Shown piece by piece: positions 27,930 to 37,974 of a DNA stretch of 64,000 nucleotides (positions within the stretch are counted from its first letter, which is position 1; every line of letters starts with the position of its first letter). The stretch is taken from the IMG/VR virus record IMGVR_UViG_3300047558_000238, positions 1 to 64,000 of that record. One strand, 5' to 3'. The DNA comes from a virus. The position numbers were made by a program, and so were the translations under genes. The notes under the pieces are model-generated. The model saw only the letters and a program-made list of their open reading frames with translations, was not told where the DNA came from and did not search any database.

Positions 27930-28288
27930 CTGAGTGGGCTATTGACCTCTGGCCATATGTAAACGGAAAAGCTTTGACATCTGGAATCAACCTAAAAGAA
28001 GCGACAATGTCGGACATGCTTGACATTGTCCACTTCTTTTTTGAGGAAGATTCTAGGTATGGCTCTCAAGAAGAAGTCGAGTCTGTCAGTGCTGTTCGTA
28101 GCCAGATATACGAGACTTTGTATGGAGTTCCATATGCATACAAAGTTAAGTCTGGCGGCAAGACTAGATCTACTACCACTAGTGACATCCCAGATGTAGA
28201 TGAAGTTAAGCCGTATATACCTCCAACGGAGTTTGATCCAGGATCATCAAACCCTTTTGGAGCCGTCCTCGAAGCACCGCTTCGATAA
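27902..28288 (+). CDS. Tail assembly chaperone extension (T), reached by -1 frameshift
   Basis: -1 frame open from 27902 (TGA at 27899): ..GLAEWAIDLWPYVNGKALTSG.. Confidence 0.75.
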   Translation, partial: PPGRAARGLAEWAIDLWPYVNGKALTSGINLKEATMSDMLDIVHFFFEEDSRYGSQEEVESVSAVRSQIYETLYGVPYAYKVKSGGKTRSTTTSDIPDVDEVKPYIPPTEFDPGSSNPFGAVLEAPLR

Positions 28289-28305
28289 CTTAAGTAGGTG
28301 AAGAA

Positions 28306-31179
28306 GTGGCCCTAGTAGGTGAAGCCCACATTCTCGTTCGTGCGATTACCACGAACGTAGATAAGGATATCCGCAAGGCATTTAGCAATGTCAATGGCAA
28401 TGCTGCGTCGAATGCCGGTGCTGCCCTAGGGTCCTCTTTTTCTAATGGACTTAGAAATAACATAAACGGAAACGTTTTCTCTAAGCTAGCAAGTAATATT
28501 GCTGAACTTGCGCCCAACGCTGACGGGGCTAGAGAAGCCTTCCAGAGTATGGTCAAATCGTCGTACGTCACTGGTACGGCGATTTCCGTACTACTTGGCT
28601 CAATCTCGTCACTTATCGGCGGTCTTGGTGCATTGGTAGGTGCTGCTGGCCAAGCTGCAGTTGGGCTTGTAGCAGTTGCCGGTGCTGCAGTAGCACTTAA
28701 GGTCGGATTTAGTATTGCTGGACTAGCCTTCAAAGGAATCAGTCAAGCTGTATCTGCAGCAACTACAGCAAATAAGAGCTATTCTCAGTCGCTGAAGCAG
28801 GCAAAGTTTGATGCTGAGGAAGCAGCCCTTGCAGTAGATGATGCTGGCCTGGCTCTCGAGAGGGCTATCGAGGCTAGAAATAGGGTAGCTGATCTGCCTG
28901 CTAACAGCAGAATTAGGCGTCAGGCTGACTTAGATGTCAAGAAAGCAGAACTAGCTCTACGTAAAGCAAAAGATGCAGAAAAGAACGCAGGAAAAAATAC
29001 TTCTGGAAGTGCCGGGCAAGACCCGTATGCTGGCCTAACTCCAGCTCAGAAGGATTTTGCTAAATTCCTAGTGAGCATTAAGAGCAAGCTAGACGGAATT
29101 AAGGACGCTGCTGCCAAAGGCTTCCTACCGCTACTTCAGACTCAGATGGAGCGCCTAATTAAGATTGGCGTTCTTGACATCATAAAAGCTAGATTCTACG
29201 ATATCGGCCGCGGCATGGGATTCGCCGCCAAGAACTTTACAGATGTAGTCATTGCTAGGGATACCTTAAAGACCATGGACGAGGTGCTTAAGAACATCTC
29301 TAAACAGCTCCCGCCGATGGGAACTATTCTAGGTAATCTATTTGACGGTTTGCTCGGAGCACTACGACTAGCCGACCCTGCTACTAGAAACTTCATCAAA
29401 TATTTAGAAGGTAAGTCTTCTGCTTTTGCTGATTTCTTTACCTTTAAGGGTAATGCTAAAGATAGCCCTATCTCGAAGTTTCTCGTAGAGTCTGAAAAAA
29501 TGCTAGAGAGATTCTTTGGTATCTTTGGCAATATCTTTAAGACAATTGGCACGCTGGTAGAGGCAAACTTCGGTCCTGGTTCTGGTGGCGAGATCATGGT
29601 CCAGTATCTAGAAAAGATTACTACTGGCTGGTCAAACATGGGTCGCGATGTGAACGGTAAGGTTACTCCAGCGTTTAAGAAGTTCTTTGCTGATGCTGCT
29701 ACCAACACCACTAAAATTCTTGATGCTGTAGGTGCTCTGGTTAAGGAGTTCTTAAAGCTTGGTGATATGCCTGAGATCGGCGAAACTTTTGACATCCTAA
29801 AACAGGGTGCACCAGCTATGGGCGAGCTTATGAGAGCTGGAGTCGAGGCAGGTCCGGCTCTTGCTCGTCTAGTAGTTCAGCTAACTAGAATTTTTGCTGC
29901 CGTGGCCGACTCAGAAGGCCCTAAGGTATTCTTCGACACTCTTGCTTCGATCGCGTCTAAAGTTGCAGACATCCTTGAGAGCGAAGTTGCTCAGAAGATT
30001 ATGGCAGTTACTGGAAAAATTCTAGCTTTTGCTCTAGCAATTGGCACTGTGACAAAGATTGCCACCTTCTTCGGAAACGTTTTTATGGGTGCGTTCGGCA
30101 ACATCTTCAAGATTTTTGGCAATATTGGCGGTGCTTTAGGTAAGGTTCAGACCTTTTTTATGCAGATGAACCTGGGTGCAAAAGACCTAATCGGCAAGGG
30201 TGGCTTTCTAAATAATATCTTCGGTAAGTTTGGCCTGGGAATAAGCCGACTAGGCGGATTCTTTACATCATTCCCTGGAATTGCAGTAATCACAACGCTG
30301 ATTACCTTGTTTGTGGACCTCTACAATAACTCCGAAACATTCCGTCAGACTGTAACCGACACTCTTTCTGGCATTGGCGAAGCATTTGGACGCCTCTGGG
30401 ACTCGCTCATGGGGCTGTTTGACCAGCTATTCGGTGGAGAGGGTCTTGGCGGAATCATGGAGGCTATCCGCCCAGTGACTGAAATTTTGCTAGGAACTCT
30501 GTTCCCGATGTTTGGTGCTGTAATTAATATCATCATCGATACTGTGTCTACTGCAATTAACTTCATAACAACAGTTGTCAGAAGCGTTATGAATGGTGTT
30601 AAGCCGCTTATTAGTGGAATCATGGACCTATTCAAGGGTAACTTTGGTCCTGGTCTTGCAAAGATTTTTGGTGGTATCGGAATTATGCTTCTAGGCATTA
30701 TGGAAGGTATCGTAAACGCAATTATCGGTGGAATCAACCTAGTTCTTGGCGTAATCAATAACCTACTAAAAGCAATTGGAGATGGCCCGCTGGGTCAATT
30801 CTTGAAGACAATTTCTGGTGGAGCGATTAACCTATCTAAAGTTAAGATGAAGGTTGACTATGTAGACTGGACCAGTAAGGCTAAGGCTAACTTGGCAAAG
30901 GTTGGCGGAACCAAGATGGCAGAAGGTGGAACTGTATTCCCTACTTCTGGTGGATCTATGGTTACAGTTGCTGAGGCAGGCCGTCCAGAACGCATCGAGC
31001 CACTGCACCCTAATGGCCTATCAGATAGAGATATAGCCATTATCAATAAACTTTCCGGTGGAGCTGGAGGACCTAAGGTTCAGGTTATCGTAAACCCTAG
31101 CGCCGGTATGGATGAGCGAGAGCTCGCGGAAATAGTTTCTAGAAAGATTGCATTTGCTATGACTAAGGGTGGCTACTAA
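28306..31179 (+). CDS. Tape measure protein
   Basis: 957 aa, Ala/Gly-rich helical; C-terminal MAEGG.V..VAEAGRPE. Confidence 0.9.
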   Translation: MALVGEAHILVRAITTNVDKDIRKAFSNVNGNAASNAGAALGSSFSNGLRNNINGNVFSKLASNIAELAPNADGAREAFQSMVKSSYVTGTAISVLLGSISSLIGGLGALVGAAGQAAVGLVAVAGAAVALKVGFSIAGLAFKGISQAVSAATTANKSYSQSLKQAKFDAEEAALAVDDAGLALERAIEARNRVADLPANSRIRRQADLDVKKAELALRKAKDAEKNAGKNTSGSAGQDPYAGLTPAQKDFAKFLVSIKSKLDGIKDAAAKGFLPLLQTQMERLIKIGVLDIIKARFYDIGRGMGFAAKNFTDVVIARDTLKTMDEVLKNISKQLPPMGTILGNLFDGLLGALRLADPATRNFIKYLEGKSSAFADFFTFKGNAKDSPISKFLVESEKMLERFFGIFGNIFKTIGTLVEANFGPGSGGEIMVQYLEKITTGWSNMGRDVNGKVTPAFKKFFADAATNTTKILDAVGALVKEFLKLGDMPEIGETFDILKQGAPAMGELMRAGVEAGPALARLVVQLTRIFAAVADSEGPKVFFDTLASIASKVADILESEVAQKIMAVTGKILAFALAIGTVTKIATFFGNVFMGAFGNIFKIFGNIGGALGKVQTFFMQMNLGAKDLIGKGGFLNNIFGKFGLGISRLGGFFTSFPGIAVITTLITLFVDLYNNSETFRQTVTDTLSGIGEAFGRLWDSLMGLFDQLFGGEGLGGIMEAIRPVTEILLGTLFPMFGAVINIIIDTVSTAINFITTVVRSVMNGVKPLISGIMDLFKGNFGPGLAKIFGGIGIMLLGIMEGIVNAIIGGINLVLGVINNLLKAIGDGPLGQFLKTISGGAINLSKVKMKVDYVDWTSKAKANLAKVGGTKMAEGGTVFPTSGGSMVTVAEAGRPERIEPLHPNGLSDRDIAIINKLSGGAGGPKVQVIVNPSAGMDERELAEIVSRKIAFAMTKGGY

Positions 31180-32246
31180 TGACTTACTATGACATCCCGG
31201 AAAATCTTACGGTTTTAGGCTCATACACCACACTAAACGATCTAACAACGGCACATCCAACTGGTGTATATGGCCAGGTATATGTTGTTGCAGGGGAGTA
31301 CTATACCTGGTCTAGAGATTCGCTATCCTGGGTAAAGCTTCCTTCTCAGGCTGTTGAGAACAGACTAGTAAATCTTGCGTTAAGTAAGGTGCCGCAGCCG
31401 CACATCACTGGGCTAAAGCTGAAAGCTGATGTTGCTCTTGGCGACTTAGTTCTAAATACAATTGACGATGCCGGTGTAGTTTGGGTAGTTACTGATATTG
31501 ACGGTTGGTGGAGACTCCCGGAGGTGGAGACCCAGGACCTAGCTCGTGGTTGGGGTGACGGTTCGTATGACGCTAAAGGCCGATATGCTAATAGGCTCAT
31601 CACTCTTACAGGGAGCTTCCTGACTCAGACGGCTGATCAGGCTGCTGCTGCTAGAGACAGACTATTTAGAGCAATAGATCTTGTCTATAAGGGTGGCTGG
31701 CTAATTGTACGGGAAAGCCCAGATAAGTATGCCTGGGTTCGATTAAGCGGAACCCCTGAGGTGCAGAACGTATCTGCTAGAGGTAGGACAGACTTTAGCA
31801 TAGGTCTAAAAGCTGTAGACCCTATCAAGTATGAGCTTGTAGGCAACGATGTCAACTCATTAAATGATGAAGTTATTGCTATGAATGGCAGCGTTACCGT
31901 AACAAATATCGGTAATACTCCAGTGCCAGTGATGTTTGAAGTGAGCGGAGCGCTAACAGCATCTCCGGCATCTCCGGCAAGCATTAAACTTACGTCTGCA
32001 GAACCAGACAAGGTTATTAATATCGTTGTGTCCCAGAGTGCTGGTAATCAACTTGAAATAGACACCTACAAAAGAGAAGTGCTCTATAACGGTCAAGGAT
32101 ACGAGACAGGTGTAGGCGCAGCCCGCAGGCGAGTAAGTACTATTGTTGACTGGTTTGAGCTGCAACCTGGAGCTAATACAATCTCATTCACTGGAACTGG
32201 TCAGGCTACGTGTACCGTACTGTTCAGATCCGGTTGGATTGGCTAG
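31179..32246 (+). CDS. Distal tail protein (Dit-like) with extra N-terminal module
   Basis: Follows the TMP; IDGWW, R.ITLTG, DPIKY, N.GNTP..P, WFELQPGANTI. Confidence 0.8.
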   Translation: MTYYDIPENLTVLGSYTTLNDLTTAHPTGVYGQVYVVAGEYYTWSRDSLSWVKLPSQAVENRLVNLALSKVPQPHITGLKLKADVALGDLVLNTIDDAGVVWVVTDIDGWWRLPEVETQDLARGWGDGSYDAKGRYANRLITLTGSFLTQTADQAAAARDRLFRAIDLVYKGGWLIVRESPDKYAWVRLSGTPEVQNVSARGRTDFSIGLKAVDPIKYELVGNDVNSLNDEVIAMNGSVTVTNIGNTPVPVMFEVSGALTASPASPASIKLTSAEPDKVINIVVSQSAGNQLEIDTYKREVLYNGQGYETGVGAARRRVSTIVDWFELQPGANTISFTGTGQATCTVLFRSGWIG

Positions 32247-32282
32247 TGTAAACTAATATAAAGACGTTTACGAAAGAGAACA

Positions 32283-34307
32283 ATGCCATATAAGTACTCT
32301 AATAATGCAGTGGTATATAAGTACATCACCACTGACCTCCTAACTGACTCTATCTTGGCTGAACTACCTCTGCAGGATGTATCCTTCACTCGAGCACTAA
32401 AAGATGCTGGCTCTTTTAGTGGCAGTATCCCAGTTATCCCTGATAACGACTACTTGGATCTATATGAGACAACGATCCCCGGTAGGACTGCCCTATACGT
32501 TCTTCGCGATGGGGTATGTGTCTGGGGAGGGATTATTTGGTCTAGAAACTATGACATTAAGTCTAGATCTTTGACAATTAATGGTAGTGAGTTTACTAGC
32601 TACCTACACCGTCGTGTTGCCTGGAAGACCTGGAACCAAGAGCTAGACGCTACTATCTCGACTACTGGCAACGGTAGAGAGGCAAAGATTACTGTAACTA
32701 GTGGTAGTTTTGGCTTTGAAGGTGCCATGCCTATTCAGCTTAACTTCACTGATAAGCTGGTCTACTTCTCGGGTATCTATAGCGTAAAAGATACGCCTAT
32801 TCCGACTTCAATCGAATTCTACGTAACTCTTCCTGCTGTGACTGGTATGGAAAACATCACTATGGTAGATATTCCGATTACTGTCTATCCTCAGGTAGAT
32901 ACTTATGACTACCTAACTAGACTTCTTAGCTATATCAACACTGACTTTAGCACTATCCAGTTCCCTAACGCTGAGATTACTCCTGAGTATAACGTCTATG
33001 CAGATATTGCTAGCTACTCTCGCACGTCTAATGTTGCAACCATAACCACTACAGGCGAGCACGGGCTGATTTATGGACAAACTGTAGACATTAGCGGCTT
33101 GCCAGTGGGCTTCAATTCAAAGGGTATGAAGATTATTTCTACCCCTACAGCAACTAGTTTTACTTATCAGTCTATTGGCGGAGATATGTCAACCACCAAT
33201 ATTACTGGAACATCTAGAGGGGTATCTTCTGTAAAGATCGCATCTCTTAGTGAGACCTCTATTACTCAGGATGTCACGATTAAGACCGCCACTCCGCACT
33301 CTTATGCCGTTGGCGGCATCCTAAAGGTAACTAACGTTGATCCAGATATTGATGGTACACATATCATTACCGCGATTACTAGCGATACCGTTACCTATCA
33401 GCTAACCGGGTTACAGGATGCAGCAGAAAACTTCGAAGTCACTGGCACGGTGTCTTCTGGGCCTATTGCTAAGTTTGGTACATACGGCAGCTACATGAGC
33501 CATAGTAATATCGGCATTACAGTTAAGACTCCTAATGACGAGCCTTATAGTAATAAGTTCATTAAGACAACTACAATGCGTGGGTCTAGTCTCCAAAATA
33601 TTGGAGATCACCTAGATGTCTATACCAATACTTTCGAAGGTTTTGAGTACCGTATTGACTGCTCCTACGATGTAGCTACAAATACTTTCTCTAAGAAACT
33701 AGTTGTAATTCCATTGGATCCAGTTTCAGATGCGCAAAAAGAAGCCAACACCATCCCATACCCGCTGGAAGTTTTTGGTGCGGACAAGATCGTGTTCGAG
33801 CATCCAGGAAATATTTTGGAAGCCAGTATGGAAGAAAACGCTAGTGATGCTGCGACTAGATTCTGGGTACAAGGCAAAAACGAGAGCGGAATTAATAGCG
33901 AAGCAGGCGAGCCTTATTCTGGTGTAGCTATGTCAGGCCTTCTGGCGGATGGCTGGCCGATTCTCGACGATGTCGAGACCTACGACTCTAATGATGAGTA
34001 TGTACTGGCTGAATATGCCACTCGATACCTGCAGGAGTCAGTCCCGCCTATCTCGAACTTTACCGTCACCGTAAATGGAAGCGTCACGCCAGTGGTTGGA
34101 ACATACTTCCCTGGAGACTGGTGCTCAGTAATTATTGATGACGTGTTTGTACAGCTGCGTATGGCTAGTGGGCTAGAGCCTCGCGATCAAGTATTGGTAC
34201 GTAAAATCGATGCTTATACCGTCAATGTGCCAAATAGCCCGACCTACCCAGAGACTGTCTCGCTAGAGCTGTTCCGAGAATCAGGAGTCGATCCAATTGG
34301 GAATTAG
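32283..34307 (+). CDS. Minor tail / tail-tip hub protein
   Basis: LAELPL..VSF..L..AGSFSG, RDG..VWGGIIW; position. Confidence 0.75.
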   Translation: MPYKYSNNAVVYKYITTDLLTDSILAELPLQDVSFTRALKDAGSFSGSIPVIPDNDYLDLYETTIPGRTALYVLRDGVCVWGGIIWSRNYDIKSRSLTINGSEFTSYLHRRVAWKTWNQELDATISTTGNGREAKITVTSGSFGFEGAMPIQLNFTDKLVYFSGIYSVKDTPIPTSIEFYVTLPAVTGMENITMVDIPITVYPQVDTYDYLTRLLSYINTDFSTIQFPNAEITPEYNVYADIASYSRTSNVATITTTGEHGLIYGQTVDISGLPVGFNSKGMKIISTPTATSFTYQSIGGDMSTTNITGTSRGVSSVKIASLSETSITQDVTIKTATPHSYAVGGILKVTNVDPDIDGTHIITAITSDTVTYQLTGLQDAAENFEVTGTVSSGPIAKFGTYGSYMSHSNIGITVKTPNDEPYSNKFIKTTTMRGSSLQNIGDHLDVYTNTFEGFEYRIDCSYDVATNTFSKKLVVIPLDPVSDAQKEANTIPYPLEVFGADKIVFEHPGNILEASMEENASDAATRFWVQGKNESGINSEAGEPYSGVAMSGLLADGWPILDDVETYDSNDEYVLAEYATRYLQESVPPISNFTVTVNGSVTPVVGTYFPGDWCSVIIDDVFVQLRMASGLEPRDQVLVRKIDAYTVNVPNSPTYPETVSLELFRESGVDPIGN

Positions 34308-37269
34308 ACGTCGTCGTAAAAAAGTAAATACTATCCTGACTACGATTGACCGCAGACTGCGGTCTGTCGAACTTCAGCGCGTTCCTAGGGTTGTAAAAGA
34401 CGGAACAATCACCAAGCAAATGCTTGATAAGTCAGTGCAGATAGCCCTAGATACCGGAGCTGACGCAGCTACTGACACTCCGGGTACAGCCACTGCGCCT
34501 ACAGTGCCAACATTTAAAGATAGACCATTCACTAATATTGTGAAGATTGTCTATCGGGGGTATAACGAAACTGGCACAGCTAATGATAAAGACCGCGCAC
34601 GAGTCTACTTTGAGTCCGACCCTGGACTAAACGTTGGCGATAAGATCAAGTTTGCATCCCTCACCGGATCTCTAGACGTTCCAACTAAAACTACCGAGTA
34701 CGTAGTTAAAGAAGTTTCTGTAGTTGATAGCTACAACACTATTGTCTATTATCCAGGCAGAGCAACTATTGTTGACGGCGCTAAAACATATGACAAGGGT
34801 TGGAGAGTGCGTGCAGCCAATGTCTCAGTTACTGGGGCAATTGTCGATGGTACAACTACTAAATATAAGTATGGTCAAATTATTATTGACGGTAAGGATA
34901 CAGCTCCTACTGCAAATGATGACTATAAATATGGACCTACCTGGCCAGCTGGCATCGAAACAACTTCTGGTTTACACTTCACTGGTGGCGGGTTCCAAGA
35001 AGGCGATCTAATTAATTTAGATGGTCTAGGTAGTCCATTCGATGGTGTCCACAAGATCACTTCTAGCGTTACTTCTGGTAAGAGGATCACACTTCAGTTC
35101 GAGTTTAAGGACTATCCGACTGCGCCAGTACAGTTGCCTAATAGTAATGGTGCAATTAGAGGTGCTGCTGGTCGCTATCTTCGAGATGGCGAGACCTGGG
35201 TAGACACTAGTGTTACTCCTGCAATTACTTGGATCTGGGATGATAGTCTTCAGCGTTGGTGGAATGCAGCAGATGGTGCCAACCTACCAGAAGGTGTAGT
35301 AGTAGATGACGGTGTACCGCCTTCACCACCTACTGGACTATCAGGCTCCAGTGAGGGTTATGTTGATGGTAGTAAGCCATATTCTAAGGTGAACCTAACA
35401 TGGACTGCACCAACGACCAACTCAGATGGTAGCAATTTAAGTGACCTGAAAGGGTATGCGGTCTTCTATAGGTACAGTACTTCTGATGCTTGGACATATT
35501 ACTCTGATACGGCTAGTGCATCAGAGACAGTCACTGAACTAACTCCAGAAAAAACTGTCTATTTCGCTGTGAAAGCATATGATGCTACAAGAAATATGTC
35601 TAGCTATTCTGCTACATATAGTTTGAATACCGTACCTGGAACAACCGGGATTAATGCCCCCTCGCTACCTCTGGCTACAACTAGACTTGGCCAAATCAGG
35701 GTCACTTGGGATGGCCTAGATAGCTCTGGAGCAACCCCACCATCCGCCCTAGTCAGCTATGTTGAGGTTCACTGGTCTACTACTGCCGGATTTACCCCTA
35801 GTGATAGTACAAATAAGGGCAAACTTTTTGGTAAGAATGACTTTTTTGCGGATATTACTCCAGAGTACGGGGTCAACTACTACTTTAAATTTGTGTTTGT
35901 AGACGTATTCGGTAAAAAATCAGCAGCATCAGCTCAAAAAACTGCAACAGTCCAGCCTTTAGTGGATACCGACCTAATTACCGGGTCTCTCACTAGATGG
36001 CCATTTGGTGCCAACACTGTCGACACTAACTCGCTCGCTGATGGTTCTATTTCGGCTACGTACTTGGTATCAGGAAATGATGCCGACGGAACTGCTGTAC
36101 GAGTTCAAGGAAAAATCGCTGCTGGAAGCATTGGCGCTACATCGATTGCAGCTAACTCTATTGTTGCTGGAAAGATTGCTGCCGAGGCGATTACTGCTAG
36201 AGAGATTAAAGCTCTTAGTATCGAAGCTGGAAATATTAAAGGTAACACGATTACTGGAGATAAAATCCTTGCTGGATCTGTTTCCGGAGCTATCTTTGAT
36301 GCAACAACCAGAATTAGATTAGGTGACTCTAACAGCACTAATCCCTCTAATTATATTGAATTTGGTTATGTAACGCTACCTGGTAACCAATCCGCCCCTG
36401 GAATTATTGGGCAGTATGGTGGAGCTCGCACATTCTACGTTGGTGGATGGAACAGCGGTTATGGAGGTACGTCTGGAGTTGCTCTAGGTGTAGTAGGCAA
36501 TAACGGTAGCACTGCCGTGGATGTTTTAACAGCTGGTGGTTATGATAACGGAATCGCGCTAGCTAGCACTGTAGAGCTTACTGCTGGTAGGGTAAACATA
36601 ACTAGCTATGGTGGAAACTATAGCGATAGCTCATTTGGAGATTTAACACTAAATTCTACTGGCTATGGTGCCATCAATCTAATAGCACCTAGCGGTACTG
36701 ATGCTCAGGGTAGGTATCTTGGAGTCTATGTCTCCCCTGCGCTATTGATCGGTAAGACAACTACAGCTAGCTGGCAGGGTGTAGAAGGTACTCACATAAG
36801 TAGCGGCTTTGTTGCTTCAGCAAACGTTAGCGGCAACGCTTTCAGCATGTCCCGCATGAGTACTAACGGAACTGTATGTGTTTTCTATAGAGGTAACACT
36901 ACTGCTGTAGGAAACATATCTTTAACTACAACAGCTACTGCCTTTAATACATCGTCTGACTATAGGCTCAAGGAAAACGTTACTTCTCTAACTAATAGCC
37001 TTACTAAATTAAAAGCACTAAAACCTAGAACGTTTAACTTCATCGTGGAACCAGATGAAATAGTAGATGGTTTTATTGCCCACGAGCTTGCCGAGGTTAT
37101 ACCTAATGCTGTATCTGGCGAAAAGGACGCAGTCAAAGAGGATGGTGAGCCAGAGTATCAAGGAGTAGATATGTCAAAGCTTGTACCTGTATTGACTGCA
37201 GCTCTTCAAGAGGCTGTAACTCAAATAGAATCATTATCTGCTAGACTAGATGCTCTAGAGACGAAGTAA
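34297..37269 (+). CDS. Tail fibre/spike with FN3 domains and C-terminal intramolecular chaperone (peptidase S74-like)
   Basis: PPSPPTGL..LTWTAP..YFAVKAYD..S; SDYRLKENV..GFIAHEL..VDMSKLVP.L. Confidence 0.85.
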   Translation: MGIRRRRKKVNTILTTIDRRLRSVELQRVPRVVKDGTITKQMLDKSVQIALDTGADAATDTPGTATAPTVPTFKDRPFTNIVKIVYRGYNETGTANDKDRARVYFESDPGLNVGDKIKFASLTGSLDVPTKTTEYVVKEVSVVDSYNTIVYYPGRATIVDGAKTYDKGWRVRAANVSVTGAIVDGTTTKYKYGQIIIDGKDTAPTANDDYKYGPTWPAGIETTSGLHFTGGGFQEGDLINLDGLGSPFDGVHKITSSVTSGKRITLQFEFKDYPTAPVQLPNSNGAIRGAAGRYLRDGETWVDTSVTPAITWIWDDSLQRWWNAADGANLPEGVVVDDGVPPSPPTGLSGSSEGYVDGSKPYSKVNLTWTAPTTNSDGSNLSDLKGYAVFYRYSTSDAWTYYSDTASASETVTELTPEKTVYFAVKAYDATRNMSSYSATYSLNTVPGTTGINAPSLPLATTRLGQIRVTWDGLDSSGATPPSALVSYVEVHWSTTAGFTPSDSTNKGKLFGKNDFFADITPEYGVNYYFKFVFVDVFGKKSAASAQKTATVQPLVDTDLITGSLTRWPFGANTVDTNSLADGSISATYLVSGNDADGTAVRVQGKIAAGSIGATSIAANSIVAGKIAAEAITAREIKALSIEAGNIKGNTITGDKILAGSVSGAIFDATTRIRLGDSNSTNPSNYIEFGYVTLPGNQSAPGIIGQYGGARTFYVGGWNSGYGGTSGVALGVVGNNGSTAVDVLTAGGYDNGIALASTVELTAGRVNITSYGGNYSDSSFGDLTLNSTGYGAINLIAPSGTDAQGRYLGVYVSPALLIGKTTTASWQGVEGTHISSGFVASANVSGNAFSMSRMSTNGTVCVFYRGNTTAVGNISLTTTATAFNTSSDYRLKENVTSLTNSLTKLKALKPRTFNFIVEPDEIVDGFIAHELAEVIPNAVSGEKDAVKEDGEPEYQGVDMSKLVPVLTAALQEAVTQIESLSARLDALETK

Positions 37270-37277
37270 GGACAATT

Positions 37278-37469
37278 ATGGAAGACCAAAAAACAGTAGA
37301 AGAGCTAGTAAAGAAGCTTCGTGAACGCGTTAGCTCGTATGCCGTAGCTATTATTGATCTCGAAACCCTCCTCGAGATTGAGACAGCTAAGGTAGCTGAA
37401 CTTCAGAAAAAAGTCGAAGACCTAGAGTCATCTACTAAAGCTGAAGACAAGAAGACATCTAAGGGCTAG
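37278..37469 (+). CDS. Small coiled-coil protein
   Basis: Heptad pattern; SD AAGGA. Confidence 0.6.
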   Translation: MEDQKTVEELVKKLRERVSSYAVAIIDLETLLEIETAKVAELQKKVEDLESSTKAEDKKTSKG

Positions 37470-37473
37470 TACA

Positions 37474-37944
37474 GTGCTGGAAGTAAAAGACGGAGCCAGA
37501 ACTTTACAGTTCAATGGCTCTTTATTAGGTAAATCTAGCTCGAAGAGACGAGACTCTACTAGATGGATTGAATTCGAGCTGTATCGAACAGAGAGTGGCT
37601 CGTACGTTCTCTCACGTGTCGGAGTCTCTCTAATTTTTCATGGGGCAGCATGTCCGCTAGTTAGCAGATATAACCTCCAAGAGAAACCGTCAAGCATGCT
37701 ACAGGATGCATCCCTCCCATGTGAAGAATGCAACCCTGATTACAGCCTTGCTCTAGTTTTTCCTGAGAAATATCGTCATTGGGCGCAGATCAGCGACAAG
37801 CCTGAAGCTGTGCTCGATGCTCTATATAAGTACGATGATAACGGTGCTAGATATCTGACTGGTGTCGCTCAGAGACTGCTTCAAGAGGCCGCAAAACTTG
37901 ACTCTGGTATTGCGGATATCTATAATTATGAAATAATTCCATAG
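37474..37944 (+). CDS. Hypothetical protein (HxxxC..CxxC)
   Basis: ORF with possible Zn ligands. Confidence 0.6.
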   Translation: MLEVKDGARTLQFNGSLLGKSSSKRRDSTRWIEFELYRTESGSYVLSRVGVSLIFHGAACPLVSRYNLQEKPSSMLQDASLPCEECNPDYSLALVFPEKYRHWAQISDKPEAVLDALYKYDDNGARYLTGVAQRLLQEAAKLDSGIADIYNYEIIP

Positions 37945-37974
37945 CATCACCCTAAATAAATACGAAAGACACTA

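Noticed and set aside
29196-30758. Long antisense ORFs within the tape measure gene
   Set aside because: Typical codon-bias shadows of the + strand gene, with no motifs.
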